Counted from the first letter of the stretch, positions 47,434 to 56,604 are shown. The stretch is DNA of 64,000 bases from Rubripirellula sp. (GCA_965216875.1 OZ244207.1:3584001-3648000); one strand, 5' to 3'. A program made the numbers and translations. Notes: generated by a model from the sequence alone, not told the origin.

Positions 47434-48963
47434 TTAGCTTGCGGCCTTATCGATGAACTCGGTACTCATGCCGAGATCGCCCAGGAGCAAACGACTTGAG
47501 ATGCGACTCGATTCGTAGATCACCGGCAACCCGCTGCCCGGGTGAGTCCCGCCGCCCGTCAAATAGACGCCATCAAGTTCTTCAAAGCGGTTTCGCGGTC
47601 GCCTGTGCAACATCTGCCCAAGGTTGTGAGCCAGATTGAAGGTGGCACCGCGGTAGATCGCATAGTCACGTTCCCAATCGGCGGGCGTGATCCGATGTTC
47701 AAAGCGGATCCGACTGCGAAGATCGCCAAGGCCAATCGTGGCAAGCTTGTCGAGCGTCAACTCACGAAAGCGATCCGATTCGACGCTCCAATCAACGTTC
47801 TCATGTTGATGGGTCACCGGCACCAGCACGTAAAGCCCACTGTGTCCTTCGGGAGCGAGGGAAGCGTCAGTCACACCCGCGTTTTGCACGTAGAAGGACG
47901 GGTCCTCACTGAGCACATGACGCTGTTCGATGTCCTTCAAATTGCTTTCGTAGTCGGTAGCAATGTGAATGTTGTGATGTGGCAAGTCTTCATAAAGCCC
48001 CTCGATTCCCAAGTACAACATGAACGTGCTACACGAGAACCGCTTTGAAGCGATCCGCTCGTCCGTCCATCGGCGACGATGCTGATTCGGAACGGTCTTG
48101 GTCATCCAATCCGCAAAATCGGCGTTGACCACAAACGCATCGGCTTCGTAGCGAGCGACATCGGTGTGTAGTGCTTTGACTCGTTTTCCTGACAGATCGA
48201 CGCTGCGCACCGGTTCGCCAAGCCGAATGTCGACTCCCATTTCGATCGCGATTTCGGCCATCCGCTCGCTCACGCGAGAACAACCGCCGATCGGATGCCA
48301 GACGCCATATTCGTATTCGAGAAACGACAAGATGCTAAAGAGACTTGGACATCGAAACGGTGACATCCCCAAGTACTTCGATTGAAACGCGAACGCGATC
48401 ACCAAGCGGGGATCGGAAAAGTACCGTTGCAATTCCGCACCGAGCGAACGAAACGGGTGCAGATGCGGAGCCGCCGCCATCACTGAAGGGCGCAGGAGAT
48501 CCAGTGGTGAATGAAACGGCGATTCTAAAATCGGACGAAACCGCTCGAGCTTGACGCGGTTGTCATCCATGTACCGCCGCAGCGCTCCGACGTCATCGGG
48601 AGCGAAGGTTGCGATCTGGCGATCCATCGCATCCATGTCGGCCGAGCAATCGAGCGTGCCACCCTGTCCGAACGTCAATCGGTACTGAGGGTCGAGCCGC
48701 TTCATCGGCACCTCGACCATCAGGTCACGCCCCACCGCCGCAAAGATCTCCTTGAGCACTCGCGGGTAGAGGAAGAAAGTCGGACCACAATCAAAACGGT
48801 ATCCGTCTTGCTCAATCGCCGATGTTCGACCACCAACATGGTCTCGACGCTCGAGTAACGTGACGTCGCATCCGGCGTGTGCGAGCTGCATCGCGGCCGC
48901 GAGTCCACCTGGACCAGCCCCAACAATAACGACCTTGCGACTGGTCAACGTTCTCGGCTCCAT
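47434..48963 (-). CDS. crtI: Phytoene desaturase family protein (CrtI/CrtN-like)
   Basis: IVGAGPGGLAAA, GYRFDCGPT, SKYLGMSP, WHPIGG, YLTGGGTHPGSGLPVIYES. Confidence 0.88.
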   Translation of the reverse strand: MEPRTLTSRKVVIVGAGPGGLAAAMQLAHAGCDVTLLERRDHVGGRTSAIEQDGYRFDCGPTFFLYPRVLKEIFAAVGRDLMVEVPMKRLDPQYRLTFGQGGTLDCSADMDAMDRQIATFAPDDVGALRRYMDDNRVKLERFRPILESPFHSPLDLLRPSVMAAAPHLHPFRSLGAELQRYFSDPRLVIAFAFQSKYLGMSPFRCPSLFSILSFLEYEYGVWHPIGGCSRVSERMAEIAIEMGVDIRLGEPVRSVDLSGKRVKALHTDVARYEADAFVVNADFADWMTKTVPNQHRRRWTDERIASKRFSCSTFMLYLGIEGLYEDLPHHNIHIATDYESNLKDIEQRHVLSEDPSFYVQNAGVTDASLAPEGHSGLYVLVPVTHQHENVDWSVESDRFRELTLDKLATIGLGDLRSRIRFEHRITPADWERDYAIYRGATFNLAHNLGQMLHRRPRNRFEELDGVYLTGGGTHPGSGLPVIYESSRISSRLLLGDLGMSTEFIDKAAS

Positions 48964-49091
48964 TCCACACGTCTTTGAAAGCCGAACTCAAAACACTCGG
49001 CTGCGTTGATCCTACCAACAGATCAACGTCGTGGGGACTATACGAAGCCTGCAAGCTGGTATTCCAAGATCCCCGTCGCTCGCGCGCCAGC

Positions 49092-49252
49092 CCCGGCCGC
49101 TTACTCGATCACGGCTCATTGCGGTAGCTACGCTCGCCAGAGCGTGGTGATGGTGGAATCCGCCCGCCAACACATCCACCTTCTGGCGAAGGTAGCTACG
49201 ATCCGGTCCGAACAGCGTTCAATGCCCGGCCGCTTACGCGATCACGGCTCAC
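49092..49252. repeat. Two direct family D units enclosing a GTAG-type inverted REP pair (family E)
   Basis: CCCGGCCGCTTAC(T/G)CGATCACGGCTCA at ~49092 and ~49225; GTAGCTACGCTCGCCAGAGCGTGG (49124-49147) with CCACCTTCTGGCGAAGGTAGCTAC (49176-49199). Confidence 0.85.
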
Positions 49253-49280
49253 TGTGGTAACCACATCAACGAACGAGCGG

Positions 49281-50018
49281 CTAGAACCCGCCTTCTTTCA
49301 TCGCCGATTCAATCTCGCGGCGAATGAGGGTATCGAGAGAGACCTCGTAGGGCCCATCACCAACCTCGGCGCGATCGGCAACGGTGCGTGCCGCTTCGAC
49401 AACCTTTTCAATTTCCGCTGGCTGCAGCGGCTGATTCAACGATCGCCCGTTGGGTGCTTCGGCGTCCTCGACCAACACCGGCCTGAGCACTTCTTCGACA
49501 TCGAATGAGGTCGCTTCCCCCATTTCAACGGCGCGGCGCAGACGTGAAATCTGGTTGATCGAGTCTTCCTTGTTTTCAAGCTCCGACTTTTCAATGAACG
49601 CTTCGATCACTTCCAGTTCGCCCCACTGTGTGATCGGAAGACGTTGCAATCGCTGCATCACGCCAGCCGACTGCCAATCTTCGACGTTGCCTCGTTCCAT
49701 TTCCTTGGCAAGTTCGTCGAGCTCGGCGAGCACGGCCGACTTTTCCTCAGGCGGCAAATAGCTCTGTTCGATGTCGGGCAAAACCGAACCGCGAATCGTG
49801 CGAACGGCAAGCTCGGTTCGCTTTTGGTAAAGCACCCAGGTCGAGACACCACAACAGATGAACCCGAAAATCCCTAGCAGGACCGTGCCTGCCATGACCG
49901 CGGGCATCCAGCCAGGGCCTTCGTCCAACGGAGGCCGTCCTGTGTCGGATGATGGCGACGGATCGCTGGCCGATGATTCCTCGGCTGGATTCGGGTCTTC
50001 AGATTCTGAATCGCTCAT
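49281..50018 (-). CDS. Hypothetical single-pass membrane protein
   Basis: Acidic N-terminus, TM segment with ICCG, helical acidic remainder; co-oriented after greA. Confidence 0.75.
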   Translation of the reverse strand: MSDSESEDPNPAEESSASDPSPSSDTGRPPLDEGPGWMPAVMAGTVLLGIFGFICCGVSTWVLYQKRTELAVRTIRGSVLPDIEQSYLPPEEKSAVLAELDELAKEMERGNVEDWQSAGVMQRLQRLPITQWGELEVIEAFIEKSELENKEDSINQISRLRRAVEMGEATSFDVEEVLRPVLVEDAEAPNGRSLNQPLQPAEIEKVVEAARTVADRAEVGDGPYEVSLDTLIRREIESAMKEGGF

Positions 50019-50051
50019 CGTCGATCGCTAACGCGCCACTGGCAAAGGGGC

Positions 50052-50528
50052 TCAGTCGAGGAACTCAATCTTCAAGATTTTGAATTGCAGCGTCCCAGCG
50101 CCACCTTCGACTTCAGCGGTCTCACCGACCTTCTTTCCGATCAAGCCTTGGCCAAACGGGCTGGTGACATTGATTTTGCCAGCGTCCAAGTCTTCATCCC
50201 CGGCGCCGACCAATGTGAATTGCTCTTCGTCGCCGTAGGCCAAATCTTCAACCGTCACCGTGCAACCAAAAACAACTTCGTCTTTCGGCAATTGTGAACG
50301 GTCAACGATCGAGGCGCGAGCAAGTTTGTCCTTGCGTTCGGCAATCTTGGCCATCAACATGCCTTGATTTTCACGCTGGGCGTGGTACTCGGCATTCTCT
50401 TTCAAGTCACCTTCCTCTCGCGCTTCGGCGATCTTTTCGGTGACAACGGCAACCTTTGCCTCGAGCTCTTCGATCTCAGCCTTAATCTTGTTGTAACCCT
50501 CGCGGGACATCGGTACCGATTCGTGCAT
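50052..50528 (-). CDS. greA: Transcription elongation factor GreA
   Basis: [39 protein letters not shown]. Confidence 0.95.
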   Translation of the reverse strand: MHESVPMSREGYNKIKAEIEELEAKVAVVTEKIAEAREEGDLKENAEYHAQRENQGMLMAKIAERKDKLARASIVDRSQLPKDEVVFGCTVTVEDLAYGDEEQFTLVGAGDEDLDAGKINVTSPFGQGLIGKKVGETAEVEGGAGTLQFKILKIEFLD

Positions 50529-50578
50529 GGCAGGAATCCTCTGACTTGACTGTCTGACTGAAAAAGATGTGAAGCGGC

Positions 50579-50615
50579 AAAAAAAGAAACCTTCCTCGCG
50601 ATGGACGAGAAAGGC
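50579..50615 (-). terminator. Intrinsic terminator between yacG and greA
   Basis: Minus strand GCCTTTCTCG-TCCATCG-CGAGGAAGGT followed by TTCTTTTTTT. Confidence 0.65.
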
Positions 50616-50686
50616 CTTCGTTCAAATCCAGCGGACTAGTGTCGCCGTTTTTGCTCGCTGTGTAAAGAGATGCCAGACCACCCCAC

Positions 50687-50905
50687 CTACTGGTCATGGT
50701 CGAGGTATTCGACGGGCACATCGCCCGGATCACCCTCATGTGGAACGCCAATGTCTTCGTTGAGCCATTTGCCGAGGTCGGCCATTTGGCAGCGTTGACT
50801 ACAAAAGGGAGCCGACTTGGTTTCGTCGACCAGGAATCGTTTGCCACAAGTTGGACAGACGACCGCCGAGGGATCGGTCGAGGCGGCCTTGCTGTTGGTT
50901 CTCAT
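50687..50905 (-). CDS. yacG: DNA gyrase inhibitor YacG
   Basis: CPTCGK...PFCSQRCQMADLGKW zinc finger. Confidence 0.92.
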   Translation of the reverse strand: MRTNSKAASTDPSAVVCPTCGKRFLVDETKSAPFCSQRCQMADLGKWLNEDIGVPHEGDPGDVPVEYLDHDQ

Positions 50906-50975
50906 TGAGTTGCTTTCGATGACCTATTTCGAGAGTTTCTTTCGACCGAGCGACGCCAACAGGAATCCAAATTGG

Positions 50976-51731
50976 CTACCGAAGTGCCCGTAACAAGTCT
51001 TTGATTTGTTCGTGCACATCGGACGTGGCGCTCACCACCAAAACCTTCCGCATCGCAAAGTAGTGGACGGCACCGGGCCCTCCGCGCGATTGCCAAAAAT
51101 CAGGAGCGACCACCCGCTCGATCAATTCTACCAGTCGCCAACCTTCATCCAAGGCGCCCCCGGCAGCACCAACTTGTGGCGATCGCGATCTGCCGACCGG
51201 TGCACTTGATGCGTCTGCCGACGACACTCCCGAAGCCGACGTTTTTCGTTCCGAAGCGTCGCCCTCAGCCCGTTTGATTGCGGCATCGATCGCCGCGTCG
51301 ACATCGGACGCCAACGTGGCGGGTCGCTCGACTCCTCGACGAACCAAATCGTTTTCGCGTCTCTTGGCGACCCGCAGCAGTCGCCGGCGGATTTTCGCCG
51401 CTTCACCTTGCAACGTTGTACTGGTTGGATAGCGTTGGTCGCGCCGCAAAACCACATACATGTCGCAAAGTGCTGCAGTGGCGGCGTCCTTTTTTGCTGC
51501 ACTCTTCGCCGTTGCCTCGTCCTTCAACAGTGCACTGGTTTCGCGAATCAGCAAGGTCAGCGAGGGTGGTTCCGCGGCGTCCTTTTGTTTGCTTGCAGGC
51601 GTTGTTTGCCCGAAAACCATCGTATTGCCGCCCAACATCGCGGCAATCGCCACCAAAAACGGTGGAACCATTCGCCCCCCAAATGCTACAAAGATACTCT
51701 CCCCCGAGTGTCCCGCCCTGGTTTCACACAT
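50976..51731 (-). CDS. Hypothetical secreted protein with C-terminal secretin-N/NolW-like repeat
   Basis: LVELIERVVAPDFW...GGPG.V......LVVSAT..VHEQI..LL..LR. ATG 51731 follows SD GGAG; the longer ORF track call overlaps the divergent gene. Confidence 0.65.
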   Translation of the reverse strand: MCETRAGHSGESIFVAFGGRMVPPFLVAIAAMLGGNTMVFGQTTPASKQKDAAEPPSLTLLIRETSALLKDEATAKSAAKKDAATAALCDMYVVLRRDQRYPTSTTLQGEAAKIRRRLLRVAKRRENDLVRRGVERPATLASDVDAAIDAAIKRAEGDASERKTSASGVSSADASSAPVGRSRSPQVGAAGGALDEGWRLVELIERVVAPDFWQSRGGPGAVHYFAMRKVLVVSATSDVHEQIKDLLRALR

Positions 51732-51771
51732 GTGCAATTCTCCGATCGTTCGGCTGCTTCGATCACGTTTG

Positions 51772-52896
51772 ATGTTCGTGCCAGTCACGACTGCGCTTAC
51801 GCTCGTCAACGCAATTGCCATGCCATTGATTGTAGGTTTGCCCTCCGCAATTGCCCAATCGGAAACCCCATCACCCAACGATCCTTCCCCAAAAGACGAA
51901 CCGAAGCGGTACGCCCCTGAAGTGGTTGCCAAAGCGGAAGAAGTTTTCAAAGCAGCCGGCCTGCGTCGTAGCGGCAAAACGATCCAAGCAACCGAGACCT
52001 CCTCTCTTTCCCGAGCACTCACAACGATCGTTCGCGACAAACGCGAAGTCAGGATGAAATACCAGGAGTGGAAACGGGGCGCCGATCAAATCGCAGCCAT
52101 CCGATTGCAGCTCAAGCAGATCACCGCCCAAGACGTTGACCTGAATCTTCGGCTCGCCCAAGTCGCCCCTGGAGACACGGAAACTCAAAATCGGATCATC
52201 GGCCTGATCAATGCTTCGCGCGCCAAAGCCCAGTTGCTGATCGCGCAGCGCACCGAGCTCAAGAAAACGGTTGGCGATCTACGTGGTCAACTCAACGACA
52301 TCGAGGCCGCATACGCAGAAAAGACGCTGGCCATACGAAGTGACTATGACAAGCTTCGAGACAAACTCGACAAGGTTCTGCAAGACAAGACAACGGGCAT
52401 CGCCGTTCATGTCATGCACGTCAACTTTCAAACGCCCAAGTCGATCACCGCCGATTCGATCCTGGCTGCAGTCGACAAACGGATCGCCAAAATCGAATCC
52501 GAAGTCTTTTCGGAAACGATTCCCTTGCACGTTCGTGGCGGCGCGATGTATGTCGATGTCGTTGTCGGAAAGAAAGCGACACGTATGGTGGTCGATAGTG
52601 GCGCATCAATGATCACCATGCCCGCCAAAACAGCGACGGAACTCGGGATCGATGTTCCACTTGATGCGAGCCCAATGAAACTCGTCCTGGCCGACGGCAG
52701 TTCCATTGACGGCCGCCATGTTGTCCTGCCTCGTGTTCGCATCGGCGAATTCGAAGCCGAAAACGTTGCGGCAGCGGTGCTCGATGCGGGCAACAAAGCG
52801 GAACCCCTGCTTGGCATGTCGTTCCTCGGCAACTTCAAGTTTGAAATTGACAAGGCGAAGCGGTCGCTCAAATTGCTGCGCGTTGAAACGAAGTAA
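51772..52896 (+). CDS. Clan AA (retropepsin-like, TIGR02281-type) aspartic protease with N-terminal coiled coil
   Basis: MVVDSGASMITM, LADGS, PLLGMSFLGNF. Start uncertain (51730-51819). Confidence 0.85.
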   Translation: MFVPVTTALTLVNAIAMPLIVGLPSAIAQSETPSPNDPSPKDEPKRYAPEVVAKAEEVFKAAGLRRSGKTIQATETSSLSRALTTIVRDKREVRMKYQEWKRGADQIAAIRLQLKQITAQDVDLNLRLAQVAPGDTETQNRIIGLINASRAKAQLLIAQRTELKKTVGDLRGQLNDIEAAYAEKTLAIRSDYDKLRDKLDKVLQDKTTGIAVHVMHVNFQTPKSITADSILAAVDKRIAKIESEVFSETIPLHVRGGAMYVDVVVGKKATRMVVDSGASMITMPAKTATELGIDVPLDASPMKLVLADGSSIDGRHVVLPRVRIGEFEAENVAAAVLDAGNKAEPLLGMSFLGNFKFEIDKAKRSLKLLRVETK

Positions 52897-52916
52897 GCCG
52901 CCTCGCGGCAACATCC

Positions 52917-52991
52917 GTTCGTAGTACCGAGCTTTAGCCGGAATCTTTTTCCTGCATCCGCCTAAGGGCGTCTGAGGGCTCGCCTACGAAC
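52917..52991. repeat. REP-like family B copy
   Basis: GTTCGTAGTACCGAGCTTTAGCCGGAATC...CTACGAAC. Confidence 0.8.
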
Positions 52992-53045
52992 GGGCAGCAG
53001 TGGCCTCGCGCGAACCTCGGGCGCGCGATTCGTCTCTGAGCCGTC

Positions 53046-53381
53046 ATGATGACATCCGGCTTTGAATTCTCGATGCTAACGCATATCGAACAAGCTCCTG
53101 AGGACTGTTCGAGGCGGTTGGTGTACGCCGATTGGTTGGCCGAACATGGCGATCCACGCTGTGAATTCGTGCGCTGCGAAATCAAAGTCGACACGCTCGC
53201 CAGCGAAGGCGCCAAAGGCCTCGAACAGGCCGTCAACCGATTGATCGATATCGGCCGCCCCTTCGAACCAAGCTGGCGAACGCGATTGATGCACGGCCGC
53301 ATCTCGGAAATCCTTGTTCCCATGGCCCAACTGCATCGCGGCAAACGCAAACACAGGCGACGTTCGCTCGCAAGTCGGTGA
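53046..53381 (+). CDS. TIGR02996 domain protein, stand-alone
   Basis: IEQAPEDCSRRLVYADWLAEHGDPRCEFVR. Confidence 0.8.
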   Translation: MMTSGFEFSMLTHIEQAPEDCSRRLVYADWLAEHGDPRCEFVRCEIKVDTLASEGAKGLEQAVNRLIDIGRPFEPSWRTRLMHGRISEILVPMAQLHRGKRKHRRRSLASR

Positions 53382-53422
53382 CTCTATAATGACGTTTTGT
53401 CATTTCCAGAGGATCGCAATCG

Positions 53423-53692
53423 ATGCCACGAATCGAATTCACGCGGCAACTCACACGGCACGTCCAGTGTCCTGGCGCAGACGTCGATGCGGCAACACTC
53501 GGTGAAGCACTCGCCTTGGTCTTTCAGGAGAACCCGCCACTGCGCGGCTACATCCTGGACGACCAAGGCGAAATCCGAAAACACGTCGCCGTCTTCATCG
53601 ATAACCAACTGTTGCGTCAAAGCGATCCATCCAAAGTTCCCGTCGCCCCCGATTCCGAAATCTACGTGATGCAAGCGTTGTCGGGAGGTTAA
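53423..53692 (+). CDS. MoaD/ThiS family ubiquitin-like (beta-grasp) protein
   Basis: TLGEAL, LRGYILDDQGEIRKHVAVFID, C-terminal QALSGG; SD GAGGA; TATAAT at 53385. Confidence 0.92.
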   Translation: MPRIEFTRQLTRHVQCPGADVDAATLGEALALVFQENPPLRGYILDDQGEIRKHVAVFIDNQLLRQSDPSKVPVAPDSEIYVMQALSGG

Positions 53693-53696
53693 AGAG

Positions 53697-54351
53697 GCGC
53701 GGGTAGTGCTTAGGCCTGACGCCGGCATATGCCTGCCGGTGGTGTGAGCCACCGGAATACGAACTAGAGTCGATTCAGCCCGGAGGGCGACAGATTCGAA
53801 TTGTGCCGCCCTACGGGCTCAGTCAATATTCGAATCCAGGCCCGGGGTCTTACGACCCCGGCAGTTCTTGTTCCGCCCTTCGGGCTAGGGGAAAAACCGG
53901 GCTTGGTAAAACACGCTCGCTGCTGCGCGGGTAGCGTTTAGGCCGGAGGCCGACATAGGCTTGCCGGTGGCGTGAGCCACCGGAATACGAACTAGAGTCG
54001 ATTCAGCCCGGAGGGCGACAGATCCGAATGGTGTCGCCCTCCGGGCTAAGTCAATATTCGAATCCAGGTCCGGGGTCTTACGACCCCGGCAGTTCTTGTT
54101 CCGCCCTTCGGGCTACGGGAAAAACCGAACTTGGTAAAACACGCGCACTGCCGCGCGGGTAGCGCTTAGGCCGGAGGCCGACATATGCTTGCCGGTGGCG
54201 TGAGCCACCGGAATACAAGCGAGAACCGATTCAGCCCGGAGGGCGACAGACTCGAATTGTGCCGCCCTCCGGGCTAAGTCAATACTCAAATCAAGGTCCG
54301 GGGCCTTACGACCCCGGCAGTTCTTGTTCCGCCCTTCGGGCTACGGGAAAA
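53697..54351. repeat. Tandem array of three 228-bp palindrome-rich units (family F, AGCCCGGAGGGCGACA core)
   Basis: Units start at 53697, 53925 and 54153 (third truncated); roughly 90% identical by eye. Confidence 0.95.
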
Positions 54352-54504
54352 CAGCTTGGGCAATTCATAAGAGACAGAGCACTGACATAGGCTCGGCAAC
54401 TTTTGTTTTCCCTTGAATTGGCAGGCCTCGAGGATCGCTGCAACAATGAAGGCGCAGCAACTGGCCGTCTTCACTAAAACTCCCAGCAACGGAACTGTAC
54501 TGGC

Positions 54505-56220
54505 ATGACATCCCGCATTCGATTGGTCATGGTGATGAGGCCCCCGTTTCCGATCATTCTGATCGCTACAATTTTTTGCGGCTGCGATGTCATTTTTGGG
54601 AGTGGGCTGGCAAAAGCAGAGCTACCCGAATTTGTCGGCAAACAATCGCGTCCCCATACCATCGTTTCCCGTCCCTCACAGAAAGTTCGAGCGCAGCTTT
54701 CCCGAGACGCCTTCTTCCCTCGGATGGCGGTGCAAGCGTATTCGATGACAGCCGCCGTGCCGCCAGACCACGATGGACAAAAACTCATCTCGTATGACAG
54801 TAGCGGCAAAGTCGATCGAATCGCTGACCCAACCGATCCGAACCGCATTTTGGTACAGCGGTTCGAGCAGCTCAATCAGCCAAAGCCACCTACACGATTC
54901 CGATTTGAAATCACGATGGTTTTGGAGCTTTCGCAGCGCAGACTCGTTAAGGGATCCAAAAGAGACCGTCGTGCACGCATCGTGGACCAACATTTGTCGA
55001 CGAGCTTACGTGAAAGATACCTTCGGGCGGATGACTTTTTTGACTACCAGTCATCTACATTTCAACAATGGAAGGAGCGACATGGACTCAACGCAACGTC
55101 AAACCAAACCGAGATGGAGTTCGCTCGAAAGGTCTTCGACTCGATAGCAACCGACTACCGCTACAGTTATGACTTCAAACAAAACCGCGCTGCTTCGGCG
55201 GTTTGCCAATCGCGAGCGACCGATTGTGGTGGTCTATCGATCTTGTTGGCAACAGTCCTCCGAAGCGAAGGAATTCCAGCTCGGACCCTTGTCGGCCACT
55301 TTGCGAAATCTCTGTCAAAGGAAATGGCGGGAAACGAGGAACCACGTGGGTCACGTCACGTGATCGCCGAGTTCTTTGCCGATGGGGTTGGTTGGGTGCC
55401 TGTGGATTTGGCCTCCGCGATACTGAGCCCCTCTACGAAAAGCGGCCAAGAACACTTTGGAAATCAAGTCAAGCCGTTCATCACCATACATTTTGATCAT
55501 CAAATTGGATTTGACTCACGCGTCTGGGGTGAGAAGACGGAGAACTTCTTTCAATTTCCGAGGCTATGGTTTCGCGGCAAAGGCCCCTTCCGAGATCGAA
55601 AAATCAGCGATCATTGGAACGTTCGGGTTCTCAATGAATTGATTCCGAGCGAGATGGGAGCGAACACACGAGACCTGTCGAAGCTTCCGCCAAAGCACGT
55701 TGCCGTTCCCCATCTTCGGCAAGAAAAGCAGCTTTGTGCCTGCGCCTCGGCGTCGATGATCTTGCGAACGTTCGGCGTCAACGTACCCCAAGCCAGAATC
55801 AAAGATTTGTCGAACCAGATGCGTCAACAAGATGGAACTGGCGACGCTGCATACGAAGGCACCTACTTCGTTGATTTGGTCAATGGACTAAAGCATGCCG
55901 GGATCGCCGATTGGCGACGCGATCATTTCCCCCCAACCCAGCAAGGTTTTCGCGACGGTGTCTTGGCGATCTACGACAACCTCGCTCAGGGGTATCCGGT
56001 CATGGTCGATCTTCAGATCCCGCCAGCTGGCCACACGGTCGTTGTCAACGGTGTCGATCTACAAAACCAGCTTGTCTTGATTGTCGATCCAAATATCGCC
56101 GCTCCGGGGATCCGTCGCATTACATTCCAACAATTCGAATCAGTATGGAAAAGCGTGACTGTGGATCGTCGAGGCATGATCCTTGCTAGCCCACCGATGA
56201 CACTTCATCGAAACAAGTAG
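54505..56220 (+). CDS. Transglutaminase-like domain fused to C39-like papain-fold peptidase
   Basis: TDCGGLS...GIPAR...HVIAEFF...GWVPVD (C/H/D) and RQEKQLCACAS...GHTVVVNGVD...IVDPN (Q/C/H/D); signal-like N-terminus. Confidence 0.85.
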   Translation: MTSRIRLVMVMRPPFPIILIATIFCGCDVIFGSGLAKAELPEFVGKQSRPHTIVSRPSQKVRAQLSRDAFFPRMAVQAYSMTAAVPPDHDGQKLISYDSSGKVDRIADPTDPNRILVQRFEQLNQPKPPTRFRFEITMVLELSQRRLVKGSKRDRRARIVDQHLSTSLRERYLRADDFFDYQSSTFQQWKERHGLNATSNQTEMEFARKVFDSIATDYRYSYDFKQNRAASAVCQSRATDCGGLSILLATVLRSEGIPARTLVGHFAKSLSKEMAGNEEPRGSRHVIAEFFADGVGWVPVDLASAILSPSTKSGQEHFGNQVKPFITIHFDHQIGFDSRVWGEKTENFFQFPRLWFRGKGPFRDRKISDHWNVRVLNELIPSEMGANTRDLSKLPPKHVAVPHLRQEKQLCACASASMILRTFGVNVPQARIKDLSNQMRQQDGTGDAAYEGTYFVDLVNGLKHAGIADWRRDHFPPTQQGFRDGVLAIYDNLAQGYPVMVDLQIPPAGHTVVVNGVDLQNQLVLIVDPNIAAPGIRRITFQQFESVWKSVTVDRRGMILASPPMTLHRNK

Positions 56221-56277
56221 CCGAGAGGCTTTCGCTCGGTTCCCCACTTGCCCTGCTTGGTTTTTGCAGTAACCCCT

Positions 56278-56604
56278 ATCATCAATGATCTCGCGATTAC
56301 CAGGCCTCTGATCTATCGCGACACGTCCGTGATCGGCAAGGCGATAGTCGGCGGTCATTAACGATCACCGAGCGCACCGGAGCGAGCACGAGCACCGCGT
56401 TGCTGAGCACGAGCACGAGAGGTTGCTGACGTTTCGCAATCGAACTCCGTGATCTCCTTGCCCTCTGTGGGCAAATCATCAATGATCTCGCGATTACCAG
56501 GCCGCTAATCAATCGCAACACGTCCGTGATCGGCAGGGCGACTGTCGGCGGTCCTCAACAGCAACCGAGCGCAGAGGAGCGAGAACGAGCGGGTTGCTGA
56601 CGTT
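56278..56604 (+). repeat. Two diverged direct repeats, 197-bp period, with GAGCAC microrepeats (family G)
   Basis: ATCATCAATGATCTCGCGATTACCAGGCC...GGTTGCTGACGTT at 56278-56433 and 56475-56604. Confidence 0.85.

Noticed and set aside
51460..52040. 580-nt overlap of two long divergent ORFs
   Set aside because: The overlap disappears when downstream ATG starts (51731 minus, 51772 plus) are used.
53697..54351. CRISPR array or TIGR-like guide array
   Set aside because: The units are 228 bp and similar along their whole length, with no unique spacers; no cas or other effector gene is in the window.
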